DNA from: Chthoniobacteraceae bacterium
GTDB lineage: Bacteria > Verrucomicrobiota > Verrucomicrobiia > Chthoniobacterales > Chthoniobacteraceae
DNA length: 64,000 nt
NCBI GenBank assembly: GCA_037189965.1
Contig: JBBCKB010000006.1
Span: 13,926-77,925 of the forward strand
Reading direction: 5' to 3'
Part shown: positions 9,557 through 20,955 of the stretch, in pieces
Layout of the letters: every line of letters begins with the position of its first letter
Position numbering within the stretch: the stretch's first letter is position 1
Position numbers and translations under genes: made by a program
Notes under the pieces: model-generated
Databases searched by the model: none
Told to the model about the DNA's origin: nothing
Seen by the model: only the letters and a program-made list of their open reading frames with translations

Positions 9557-9803
9557 TTTTGGAAAAAACAGACCCGGCAAAACAGCCGGTTTCTCCCCCC
9601 TGCTTACGCCCTTCCAGGCGGGGCGGCGAGCGGTTTCTTTGCCTCCTTCTGGGTCGCATTTGGAGGGGGTTCGGCAAGCCAAAAAAAATAAAAAAATTTC
9701 CACCTCCACGGGGTTGCGCCGTATCTCCCTTGGGGCCAGAGTAATCCAGCCTTCAGGGGGGTACAGGGGCTCTTTTGCCCCCCGTTTCGCGAGAAAGAGC
9801 GGG

Positions 9804-9832
9804 TTGACAGAAGGGGGGCTTTTTCCTATCCC
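9804..9832 (+). promoter_or_regulatory. Candidate sigma-70 promoter for nrdBA (TTGACA-17 nt-TATCCC)
   Basis: Perfect -35 hexamer at 9804-9809. Weak -10 at 9827-9832 after a 17-nt spacer, about 90 nt upstream of the nrdB ATG. Confidence 0.35.
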
Positions 9833-9854
9833 TTGGGGGCACTTCCCGGTGTAG

Positions 9855-9870
9855 CCACAATATCTTGTGG
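9855..9870. promoter_or_regulatory. NrdR-box-like 16-bp palindrome
   Basis: CCACAATATCTTGTGG matches the NrdR box consensus acaCwAtATaTwGtgt at about 13/16. It lies 54 nt upstream of nrdB. A weak second box, TTCCTATCCCTTGGGG, at 9823-9838 lies 32 bp centre to centre. Confidence 0.6.
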
Positions 9871-9923
9871 TTCCCCCCGTTTTACTCTTTGACCCCGCCT
9901 CCAACCCCAACCCCTTGCCTGCC

Positions 9924-11114
9924 ATGAGCCAAACCTTCTCTGATTCTGACGCTTCTTCCCCTGTTTTTCCCGGGGGAGATGCCGCCCCCGCGAGCACGCC
10001 TGATCTCCTTGGCGAAAGCACCGAAGGCGAGCGCGTCACCGTCACCGTTGGCAACAAAACGTTCCGGCTTGATAAAGCCAAGGCGCGGGAGCGGCTCGCG
10101 GGCAAGCAGGTCATCAACGGCATGCGCAGCGCGGAGCTCAACGTGCTTCCCCTCAAGTACCACGAGGCGTACCGGCTCTATAAGCAAATGAAGGCCAACC
10201 ACTGGGAGCCCGACGTCATCGACATGACCAAGGATTGCACCCAATGGAACACCGGGGCCCTCTCGCCCAAGGAGCGTTGGATTATCGAGATGGGAGTCGG
10301 TTACTTCTCCTCGGCCGAGGGGATCGTGGGCGACAGCGTCCTCCACGTCATCGAAGACAACCTCACCGCGGCCGAGCTCAAGCACGCCTCGCTGCGGTGG
10401 ATCGCCGAAGAGTCGATCCACATGGACTCGCTCCTGCACATCATCGGCAGCCTCAACATCGACTTGGATGAGGTGACGGCGAAGTTCCAGGACATCCCGA
10501 GCATCCGCCGCAAGAATGCCTTTATCACCCGGCACATGCCGGAGCTGAAGATGGGGCTGGACCTCACGCAGACGGAGAACAAGCGCAAGTTTGCCAAAGC
10601 GCTCTTCGGCATCACCCAGGTGATGGAGGGGACGCAGTTCTACGCCCTCTTTGCCATGATCCTCTCGCTCCACCGGCAAAACAAAATGACCGGCATCGGC
10701 CAGATGTTCCAGTACACCCTGCGCGACGAGTCCAACCACATCGCGCTGGGGCGCTACCTGCTCACCGAGCTTTTCCGGGAAAACCCGGACATCCGCACCC
10801 CCGAGTTTGAGAAAGAGCTCATCGACTTCATGGTCGAAGGCGTGGCACTGGAGAAAGAGTTTGTCCGCGATTGCTTGCCTGAAGACGGCGTCGGGATGAC
10901 GCAGAAAGACTTCCTCGAGTACGTCGACTTCAACTCCGACCGCCGGCTCACCAGCCTCGGGCTCCCGGCGCAATCCACCGTGAAGGCCAACCCCTTCCTC
11001 TGGCTCGATGAAGTCATCTTCCTCAAGAAGGAGAAGAATTTCTTTGAAACCCGCGTCACCGAGTACCAGACGGGCGGGTCGATGAAAAACACCCGCGAAG
11101 ACGATCTGATCTGA
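9924..11114 (+). CDS. nrdB: Ribonucleotide-diphosphate reductase beta subunit (R2), class Ic-like
   Basis: Ferritin-like diiron ligand pattern AEGIVGD / EESIH / MEGTQF / RDESNH and HWEPDVIDMTKD. ATG 9924 (MSQTF...) chosen within the ORF from 9867. Confidence 0.88.
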   Translation: MSQTFSDSDASSPVFPGGDAAPASTPDLLGESTEGERVTVTVGNKTFRLDKAKARERLAGKQVINGMRSAELNVLPLKYHEAYRLYKQMKANHWEPDVIDMTKDCTQWNTGALSPKERWIIEMGVGYFSSAEGIVGDSVLHVIEDNLTAAELKHASLRWIAEESIHMDSLLHIIGSLNIDLDEVTAKFQDIPSIRRKNAFITRHMPELKMGLDLTQTENKRKFAKALFGITQVMEGTQFYALFAMILSLHRQNKMTGIGQMFQYTLRDESNHIALGRYLLTELFRENPDIRTPEFEKELIDFMVEGVALEKEFVRDCLPEDGVGMTQKDFLEYVDFNSDRRLTSLGLPAQSTVKANPFLWLDEVIFLKKEKNFFETRVTEYQTGGSMKNTREDDLI

Positions 11115-11141
11115 CGCAATCCCTCCCCTCCCTTTTCCGCA

Positions 11142-13982
<2,841 letters not shown>

Positions 13983-13992
13983 GAAAAGAACT

Positions 13993-14562
13993 ATGAGCGT
14001 CCAATCAGACCGGTGGATCCGCCGGATGGCCCAGGAATGCGGGATGATCGAGCCCTTTGCCGACGGGCAGACCCGCGAAGGGGCTGACGGCAAGCGGATC
14101 ATCTCCTACGGCCTCTCCAGCTACGGGTATGACCTGCGAGTCTCCCGCGAGTTCAAAGTCTTCACCAACGTCTTCAATACCGTCGTAGACCCCAAAGCGT
14201 TTGACCCCCAATCCTTCGTCGATATCGAGACGGATATGTGCGTCATCCCGCCGAACTCGTTTGCGCTCGCGCGCAGCGTCGAGTACTTCCGCATCCCGCG
14301 CGGTGTGTTGACCATGTGCGTGGGCAAGAGCACGTATGCGCGGTGTGGCATCATCGTCAATGTCACCCCCTTCGAGCCCGAGTGGGAAGGGCACGTGACA
14401 CTGGAGATCTCCAACACCACCCCGCTCCCCGCGCGCATCTATGCCAATGAAGGGCTCGCGCAAGTCGTCTTCTTCGCGGGGAATGAGGAATGCGAAGTCT
14501 CCTACGCCGATCGTGGCGGGAAGTACCACAAACAGACCGGCATTACCGTCCCGAGGATGTAG
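13993..14562 (+). CDS. dcd: dCTP deaminase
   Basis: [22 protein letters not shown]...SYGYDLRV...[31 protein letters not shown]. 189 aa. Confidence 0.9.
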   Translation: MSVQSDRWIRRMAQECGMIEPFADGQTREGADGKRIISYGLSSYGYDLRVSREFKVFTNVFNTVVDPKAFDPQSFVDIETDMCVIPPNSFALARSVEYFRIPRGVLTMCVGKSTYARCGIIVNVTPFEPEWEGHVTLEISNTTPLPARIYANEGLAQVVFFAGNEECEVSYADRGGKYHKQTGITVPRM

Positions 14563-14645
14563 GGTGGGCAGGGGTCAAGTCCCCCAAGAGCCCAAAGCCG
14601 ATTGATGAAAAGATCGTCGGCTCCAAAGGGGGAAGGAGCAATGGG

Positions 14646-14912
14646 ATGGCCTCTTCGAGAAAACAGAATGTCGTCGGGGCGGAAGTCGCCCGGCAGCGGC
14701 GTGCCTTGGGCTTGGGGCAAAGCGATCTGGCGGCCCGGCTTACCCGGCTGGGGTGGGATTGCTCCGAAAACCTCGTCAGCAAAATCGAGGCGGGGTTTCG
14801 CCGGGTGATCGATGAAGAGAGCGTCCTCCTCGCACGCGCGCTGGGGCTGCCACCCGGGGCGCTGTTTCCGGGTGATTCACGCAGGAAGGATGTACCCCGC
14901 CCTTTGCACTGA
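14646..14912 (+). CDS. XRE-family helix-turn-helix transcriptional regulator (small, orphan)
   Basis: VGAEVARQRRALGLGQSDLAARL...VSKIEAG HTH pattern. Shine-Dalgarno GGAAGGAG lies 7 nt upstream of ATG 14646. Confidence 0.65.
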   Translation: MASSRKQNVVGAEVARQRRALGLGQSDLAARLTRLGWDCSENLVSKIEAGFRRVIDEESVLLARALGLPPGALFPGDSRRKDVPRPLH

Positions 14913-14987
14913 CAATCGGGTTCCCACGCCAAAGCGGCGCAGCGCCCGCAGCGCCGCCGCGTTGGGAAAACAGGCACAGTAACAGGA

Positions 14988-15125
14988 AATTGTATCCAAC
15001 CCCATGGCGTCTCACAGAGACGCCCTACAATTCTTCCTCGCCCGAGCGTCGTTTGACCCATTGTAGGCCGTTTCGGTGAAACGGCGGTTCAAACCCATGG
15101 CGTCTCGCAGAGACGCCCCAAATAC
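14988..15125 (-). repeat. REP array B: one singlet unit (14988-15032), 26-nt spacer, one doublet unit (15059-15125)
   Basis: CCAACCCCATGGCGTCTCACAGAGACGCCCTACAAT ... CATTGTAGGCCGTTTCGGTGAAACGGCGGTTCAAACCCATGGCGTCTCGCAGAGACGCCCC. Near-identical to array C. Confidence 0.9.
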
Positions 15126-15165
15126 AACCTTGGAAAAACGGAATACCCCCTTTTAAAAATGATCG

Positions 15166-15560
15166 GTGCGGCCACCCCGAATCTCCAACTGGGTCTCCGG
15201 AGAAAAGCCGCCTCTCTATTTCGTCACCCTATGCGTGCAACACCGCCGCAAGGTGCTCGATTGTCCCCAAGCGTGGGCCGCATGCCAACTTGCCTGGAAA
15301 CGGCTTGACCGATGGGCAATACCCGCCGCACTGGCGATGCCGGATCATCTGCATCTGATCCTTTCGCCCGTGCACGACCGGGATGAATCCTTGAGCTCCT
15401 TTTTCAAATGCTTCAAACGCTGGTACGAGGTTTTGACCGCCTCTTGCGCAACGACGAAAGCCTTTCCGCAAAATGGGAATACATCCGGCAAAACCCGGTT
15501 CGAGCCGGTTTGGTAAAACGGTGGGAGGAATGGCCGTACCGGCTCGAGCACGCTTTGTAG
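15166..15560 (+). pseudogene. REP-associated tyrosine transposase (RAYT / Y1 HUH transposase, IS200-like superfamily), frameshifted
   Basis: Frame 1 carries LYFVTLCVQHRRKVL and the HUH motif MPDHLHLILSP. The C-terminal signature WEYIRQNPVRAGLVKRWEEWPYRL (catalytic Tyr) is in another frame, from about 15429 to stop 15558-15560. One extra T in the T4 run 15431-15434 would fuse them into about 131 aa. Confidence 0.75.
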
Positions 15561-15714
15561 GCTGGTCTGGCGAAAATCGCACTCCAACCCCGCGGCGTCT
15601 CACAGAGACGCCCTACAATTCTTCCCCACCCGAGCGTCGTTTGACCCATTGTAGGCCGTTTCTGTGAAACGGCAGTCCAAACCCATGGTGTCTCACCGAG
15701 ACACCCCGAAATAC
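15555..15714 (-). repeat. REP array C: one doublet with a decayed arm (15555-15620), 26-nt spacer, one doublet (15647-15714)
   Basis: Same unit order, orientation and spacer sequence (TCTTCC..CCCGAGCGTCGTTTGACCC) as array B. The first unit overlaps the RAYT stop codon. Confidence 0.9.
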
Positions 15715-15715
15715 C

Positions 15716-16750
15716 TTACCCTCCAAACCGCATTCGATACGTAGGAATCTCCCCCAGTGGCTCGGCGGCGTAGACACCCCGGCTCACGGCGCGGGCCACG
15801 CAGTCTGCTGCGACGGAGCCAAGCCACATCAAATCGCGCAGGCGGCCCTCCCCCTCGGCCAGCGGCACGGTGCCGGTGGCGAGCATGAAGAGGACATCGC
15901 CATCCACATGCGAGTGGATCGGCCGTAGCGAACGCGCCAGCCCATCCTGCGCCATGATGGCGATCCGCTTCGCCTCAGCGGGGGTGAGGATGGCGTTGGT
16001 CGCTACCACGCCGATCGTCGTATTCCCCCCCGGCGCGAGCGGGCGATACTCCAGCCGGCTGGCGCGGAACGGGTCTTCCCCCGAAACGGCGGGCACCCCC
16101 GTGGGCCAGCCGCGCCCGCCAAACTCCGCCCCCAGCTCATACGGCGCGGCCCAGAAATGCGGCGTGCCGGGGATCAGCGCGGAGCCAAACGCATTCACCG
16201 CGATGAGTGCGCCGACTTGCAAGCCCTCCTCCACCGCGCTGGCCGAGCCGAGCCCGCCTTTGAGGTCGCCGCACATCGCCCCCATGCCCGCGCCCACATT
16301 GCCGAGCGCAAAGTCATGCCCCACCGCTTCGCACGCCTGGCGGCCCCACTCGCGGTAGGGGGGCATCTCGCCCCACGCTTTGTCGCCGCCGTTGGGGAGG
16401 TCGAAGAGGATCGCCCCCGGCACCACGGGCGAGACGCGCGGCGTCTCCCCCAAGCTAAAGCCACGCCCCCGGTGCCCGAGCCAGCCGACGACGCCGCAGG
16501 GCGCCTCCATCCCATACACCGAGCCGCCCGAGAGGACGACGGCATCCACCGCATCCACGAGGCACGAAGGGTCGAGCGCATCCGTCTCGCGAGTACCCGG
16601 TGCACCGCCGCGCACGTCGCAAGCGGCCACGGCGCGGGCATCGGGCAGGATGAGGGTGACGCCACTGCGCACCGAGGCGCACTCCACATTGCCGACGCGC
16701 AGGCCATCCACATCGGTGATCAAATTCCGGGGGCCGGGGGTAATTGCCAT
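15716..16750 (-). CDS. P1-family peptidase (DmpA / L-aminopeptidase-like, peptidase S58)
   Basis: MAITPGPRNLITDVDGLRVGN..., VVLSGGSVYG self-processing region, IGVVATNA. Track ORF trimmed to ATG at 16750. Confidence 0.75.
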   Translation of the reverse strand: MAITPGPRNLITDVDGLRVGNVECASVRSGVTLILPDARAVAACDVRGGAPGTRETDALDPSCLVDAVDAVVLSGGSVYGMEAPCGVVGWLGHRGRGFSLGETPRVSPVVPGAILFDLPNGGDKAWGEMPPYREWGRQACEAVGHDFALGNVGAGMGAMCGDLKGGLGSASAVEEGLQVGALIAVNAFGSALIPGTPHFWAAPYELGAEFGGRGWPTGVPAVSGEDPFRASRLEYRPLAPGGNTTIGVVATNAILTPAEAKRIAIMAQDGLARSLRPIHSHVDGDVLFMLATGTVPLAEGEGRLRDLMWLGSVAADCVARAVSRGVYAAEPLGEIPTYRMRFGG

Positions 16751-16826
16751 AAGGCCATTGGTGATACCGGCCCGGCCCCCGGTTAGGCAAGCGCAAGCCT
16801 TGTCAACCCGGCGGAGGTGAGCCACA

Positions 16827-17957
16827 TTGCGGGAATCTATGAACGATCCTCGGTTTGATAAACTGGCCCGCCTGCTCACCAGCCACTCCACCCAGCTTCG
16901 CAAGGGGGATAAAGTGCTGATCGAGGGGTTCGACATCCCCGTGGAGATGATGATCGCCCTCGTACGCGCCGCGCGCGAGGCCGGGGCGCTCCCGCTGGTG
17001 CAGCTCCATAGCGCCCGCCTCTCGCGCGAGATGGCGCTCGGCGCGGAAGAGGCGCAGTACGCCACACTCGCCAAGGCGGAGCTGGCCAAGATGAAGGAGA
17101 TGGATGCCTACATCGCCGTGCGCGGCTCGGAAAATATTGCCGAGCTTTCCGACGTGCCCGCCGGGCAGATGAAGATCGTCTCTTCCAAGATGAAGCCCGT
17201 GCTCGACCACCGCGTCAAAAAAACGCGCTGGTGTGTCCTGCGCTGGCCCACCCCCTCCATGGCCCAGCAGGCGGGGATGAGCACCGCCGCGTTTGAGGAT
17301 TTCTTCTTCAAAGTCTGCACGCTCGACTACTCCCGCATGCAGCGCGGCATGAAGGCGCTCGTGGCGCTGATGGACAAGACCGACCGCGTGGAGATCAAAG
17401 GCCCGGGGACGGACCTGCGCTTCTCCATCAAAAACATCCCCGCCATTGCCTGCGGCGGCACCCACAACATCCCCGATGGCGAGGTCTTCACCGCGCCGGT
17501 GCGCAACTCCGTGCAGGGGGAGATCACCTTCAACGCGCCGACGATCTACCAAGGCACGCCGTTTGATTCGATCCGCCTCAAGTTTAAAGATGGCCGCGTT
17601 GTCGAGGCGACCTCCAACAACACCGCCCGGCTCAACCAGATTCTCGATTCCGACCCCGGCGCGCGCTTCATCGGTGAGTTTGCCCTCGGGTTTAACCCCT
17701 ACATCCTCCACCCGATGCGCGACATTCTCTTTGACGAGAAGATCTCCGGCTCCTTCCACTTCACCCCCGGGCAGTGCTACGAGCAGACGGAGAATGGGAA
17801 CCGCTCGCAAGTCCACTGGGATATGGTGAACATCCAGCGGGAAGATTACGGCGGCGGTACCATCCACTTTGACGGCAAGCTCGTGCGGGAGAATGGCCTC
17901 TTTACCCCCAAAGCGCTGCAAGCCCTCAACCCGGAGTACCTGACCGGCGAGCGGTAA
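16827..17957 (+). CDS. Aminopeptidase, peptidase family M29 (PepS/AmpS-like)
   Basis: [29 protein letters not shown]..., [17 protein letters not shown] 16827 has GGAGG 9 nt upstream; ATG 16839 is the alternative start. Confidence 0.8.
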   Translation: MRESMNDPRFDKLARLLTSHSTQLRKGDKVLIEGFDIPVEMMIALVRAAREAGALPLVQLHSARLSREMALGAEEAQYATLAKAELAKMKEMDAYIAVRGSENIAELSDVPAGQMKIVSSKMKPVLDHRVKKTRWCVLRWPTPSMAQQAGMSTAAFEDFFFKVCTLDYSRMQRGMKALVALMDKTDRVEIKGPGTDLRFSIKNIPAIACGGTHNIPDGEVFTAPVRNSVQGEITFNAPTIYQGTPFDSIRLKFKDGRVVEATSNNTARLNQILDSDPGARFIGEFALGFNPYILHPMRDILFDEKISGSFHFTPGQCYEQTENGNRSQVHWDMVNIQREDYGGGTIHFDGKLVRENGLFTPKALQALNPEYLTGER

Positions 17958-17992
17958 GCCCCCGCAGGGCTTGCCGCCCCTCTGGTTTTCGG

Positions 17993-18019
17993 CTACAAAA
18001 AAGGGGACCGCTTCCCCAT
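17993..18019 (+). promoter_or_regulatory. Sigma-32-like heat-shock promoter candidate upstream of hsp20-lon
   Basis: CTACAAA-14 nt-CCCCATCG compared with the E. coli RpoH consensus CTTGAAA-13/14 nt-CCCCATNT. Confidence 0.3.
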
Positions 18020-18081
18020 CGGAGCACGTTCCCTTGGGGAGAAACCCTGTACCCACTGTGGAACCTCTCCCTTCCATCCGA

Positions 18082-18504
18082 ATGCGGCTCCTGCATGGCG
18101 AGCTCGGCGCGGTAGCCAGCCAGCTGCGCGGCTTCCACGGTGCCCCCTCGGGCGGCAAGTGGCGGCCCGCGCTCAACGCCTTCTGCTGCGAGCTGGGGAT
18201 GAAGGTCTGCGTGGACCTCGCCGGGGTGAGCCGCTCGCAGATCGAAATTTTTGCCGAGCCGACTCGCCTCACCGTGCGCGGCTTCCGCGCGCCACCGGAG
18301 CCGCCTTCGCCGGAGATCACCGTGCAGATCTTTGCCATGGAGATCGACTACGGCGCGTTTGAGCGCGTGGTCGATCTGCCGATCCGTGTGAAGGTGGAGG
18401 AGATCGCCGCCGACCAGCACAACGGCTTCCTCTGGATCTCGCTCCCCGCCGTTCACCCCCGCCCCTTGCGCGGCGGCAACCCGGAGGAGGAGGAGGAATC
18501 GTGA
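18082..18504 (+). CDS. Hsp20/alpha-crystallin family small heat-shock protein
   Basis: ACD pattern WRPALNAFCCELGMKVCVDLAGVSRSQIEI...LTVRGFR...EIDYGAFERVVDLP...IAADQHNGFLWISLP. Start uncertain (ORF open from 17971). Confidence 0.65.
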   Translation: MRLLHGELGAVASQLRGFHGAPSGGKWRPALNAFCCELGMKVCVDLAGVSRSQIEIFAEPTRLTVRGFRAPPEPPSPEITVQIFAMEIDYGAFERVVDLPIRVKVEEIAADQHNGFLWISLPAVHPRPLRGGNPEEEEES

Positions 18505-20912
18505 ACGATCCGTTTGATCTCAAGCACCCCAAGCCAGCCGCCCTCCCGCTCGGCTCCGGCGCGGGCGAAGCGCGCCCCACGACAGAGGACAAGCCCGAGA
18601 TCCCCACGACCTTGCCGATTCTTCCGCTGCGCGGGGCGGTCGTCTTCCCCGGCACGCTCGTGCCGATCACCATCCGGCGGGCTGCCTCGTTGCGTTTGCT
18701 GGATGAGACGCTGCCGCACTCCAAGCTCATCGGCCTCGTCGCCCAGCGGGACGAAGCGGTGGAAGAACCGCGCCCGGAAGATTTGTACCGAATCGGCGTG
18801 GCCGCCACCGTCCTGAAGCTCCTGCGCCAGCCAGACCAAAGCGCCATCGTCGTCGTCCAAGGCGTCGCCCGCGTGGGGTTGACCCGGTTTACCGAAAGCG
18901 AGCCCTTCCTGCGTGCCGAAGTGCGCGAACTGGCCACGCTCCCCCCCGAGGTGGACGACTCCGCGTGGCAGGCCGAAATCAAGAACCTCCGCGAGAACGC
19001 CGCCCGCCTCCTGGAGCTGACTCCCGAGATCCCCGAGCAGGTGCGGCTCGCCCTCTCCAACCTCGAAGAGCCCGAAGGGTTGATCGACTTCCTCGCCAGC
19101 CACCTCAACGTCGATTTCAAAGAAAAGCAGGCGCTTTTGGAAGAGCTCGACCTCCGGCAGCGCGCCACCGCCGTGCAGACCCGCGTGGCCCGGCTTTTGG
19201 AGATCGCCCAGCTCCAGCAGAAGCTTCAGAAAGATGTCGCCTCGCGCTTCTCCGACGCCGAGCGGCGCGCGTGGCTGCGCGAGCAGGCCCGCGCCATCCA
19301 ACGCGAGCTGGGCGAGGAGGATGATGGCGCGCAGGAGCAGATCGCCAACCTCAAGCAACGGCTGGAGGAAGCGAGCCCGCCCGCAGAAGTCCTCGCCACC
19401 GCCACCAAGGAGCTGCAACGGCTCAACGTCATCCCACCCGCGAGCCCGGAGTACGCCGTCATCGTCAGCTATGTGGAGACGATTGCGGACCTCCCGTGGG
19501 CGCGCTCCAGCGAAGAGCACCTCGACCTCAAAGCCGCCCGCGCCACGTTGGATCGGGATCACTTCGATCTCGATAAAGTCAAACGCCGCCTCATCGAGTA
19601 CCTCGCCGTGCGCAAGCTCAACCCGCAGAACCGCGGCCCCATCCTCTGCCTCGTTGGCCCGCCCGGTGTGGGCAAGACGAGCCTGGGCGAGTCCGTCGCC
19701 GAAGCGTTGGGGCGCAAGTTCTCGCGGCTGAGCCTCGGCGGCATCCGCGATGAGGCGGAGATCCGCGGGCACCGGCGCACCTACATCGGCGCGATGCCCG
19801 GGCGCATCATCCAAGAGCTGCGGCGTGTCGGCACGCGCAACCCGGTCATGATGCTCGACGAGCTCGACAAAATCGGGGCCGACTTCCGGGGAGACCCCGC
19901 CAGCGCCCTGCTCGAAGTGCTCGACCCCCGGCAGAACCACGCCTTTGTGGATCGCTACCTCGACCTCCCTTTCGACCTCTCGCAGATCCTCTTTATCGCC
20001 ACAGCCAACTACCTCGACCCCGTGCCCGCCCCCTTGCGGGACCGGATGGAAGTGCTCGAAATCCCCGGCTACACCGAGCGCGAGAAGGCGGCCATCGCCC
20101 AGCGCTACCTTGTGCGCCGCCAGCTCGCCGAGAATGGCCTCACCGCCGAGCAATGCGCTTGGAGCGAGGCTGCCGTGCTTGCCGTCATCAACGACTACAC
20201 GCACGAAGCCGGGGTGCGCGAGTTGGAGCGGCAGATCAGCGCCGTGTGCCGCGCCATCGCCGCGCGCGTGGCCGAGGGGGAGCCAGGCCCCTTCGAGATC
20301 ACCCCCGAGCAGGTGGCGCAGACGCTCGGGCCCGCGCGCTACATCCGCGAGACGCGCTTGCAGACCAACCGGCCCGGCGTGGTCATCGGCCTCGCGTACA
20401 CGCCGGTGGGCGGCGAGATCCTTTATATCGAAGCCGCACGCTACCCGGGCAAAGGGGGGCTTACGCTCACGGGGCAGATCGGCAATGTCATGCGCGAATC
20501 CGCCCAGGCAGCCATGAGCCTCTTGCGCACGCGGGCAGGGCAGCTCGGCATCGGCCCCGAAGCGTTTGCAGAGAGCGATTTGCATGTCCACGTCCCCGCC
20601 GGGGCGATCCCCAAGGATGGGCCCTCTGCCGGTGTCGCCATGTTTACCGCGCTCGCCTCCCTCTTTCTGGAAAAGCCGGTGCCCGCCGAAGTGGCGATGA
20701 CGGGGGAGATCACCCTCCGGGGGTTGGTGTTGCCGATCGGCGGCCTCAAAGAAAAATCGCTGGCGGCCCTGCGCGCGGGGGTGAAGACGATCCTCATCCC
20801 CAAGCTCAACGCCCGCGATCTGCCAGACCTCCCCCCCGAGGTGCAGGAGAGCATCCGCTTTGTGCCTGTGGAGACGGTGGACGACCTGCTCGCCGCCGCC
20901 GGGTTGCGGTAG
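18501..20912 (+). CDS. lon: ATP-dependent protease Lon
   Basis: 803 aa. LON N-domain LPILPLRGAVVFPG, Walker A GPPGVGKTS, protease site PKDGPSAGVAM. GTG start overlaps the hsp20 stop (GTGA). Confidence 0.95.
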   Translation: MNDPFDLKHPKPAALPLGSGAGEARPTTEDKPEIPTTLPILPLRGAVVFPGTLVPITIRRAASLRLLDETLPHSKLIGLVAQRDEAVEEPRPEDLYRIGVAATVLKLLRQPDQSAIVVVQGVARVGLTRFTESEPFLRAEVRELATLPPEVDDSAWQAEIKNLRENAARLLELTPEIPEQVRLALSNLEEPEGLIDFLASHLNVDFKEKQALLEELDLRQRATAVQTRVARLLEIAQLQQKLQKDVASRFSDAERRAWLREQARAIQRELGEEDDGAQEQIANLKQRLEEASPPAEVLATATKELQRLNVIPPASPEYAVIVSYVETIADLPWARSSEEHLDLKAARATLDRDHFDLDKVKRRLIEYLAVRKLNPQNRGPILCLVGPPGVGKTSLGESVAEALGRKFSRLSLGGIRDEAEIRGHRRTYIGAMPGRIIQELRRVGTRNPVMMLDELDKIGADFRGDPASALLEVLDPRQNHAFVDRYLDLPFDLSQILFIATANYLDPVPAPLRDRMEVLEIPGYTEREKAAIAQRYLVRRQLAENGLTAEQCAWSEAAVLAVINDYTHEAGVRELERQISAVCRAIAARVAEGEPGPFEITPEQVAQTLGPARYIRETRLQTNRPGVVIGLAYTPVGGEILYIEAARYPGKGGLTLTGQIGNVMRESAQAAMSLLRTRAGQLGIGPEAFAESDLHVHVPAGAIPKDGPSAGVAMFTALASLFLEKPVPAEVAMTGEITLRGLVLPIGGLKEKSLAALRAGVKTILIPKLNARDLPDLPPEVQESIRFVPVETVDDLLAAAGLR

Positions 20913-20955
20913 GGTGCGGGCTATTAAGCCAAATCCGGCAGGACGCCTGCGAAGC

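Noticed and set aside
9557-9923. Possible cobalamin or other riboswitch in the long leader upstream of nrdB.
   Set aside because: I could not find the B12-box or other conserved riboswitch cores. The NrdR-type palindrome explains the regulatory potential better.
14543-15061. Small ORFs that run through REP units and share peptides such as GRLCETPWGW or ETPYN. Examples: 14543-15061(-), 15413-15649(-), 20806-21030(-), 27079-27315(-), 35013-35483(+), and the first 78 codons of 60300-61310(+).
   Set aside because: The shared peptide is simply the translation of the palindromic repeat, and the flanks are unrelated. These are repeat-induced annotation artefacts.
15083-15095. tRNA T-arm-like GGTTCAAACCC inside REP units B2 and C2.
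   Set aside because: No acceptor stem, D-arm or anticodon arm can be built around it. It is the variant core of the REP element.
14988-15714. Possible CRISPR array, because similar units of about 35-70 bp recur with short spacers.
   Set aside because: There are only two units per array and the units are long internal palindromes. The 'spacer' is identical in both arrays, a transposase gene rather than spacers lies between the arrays, and no cas genes are present.
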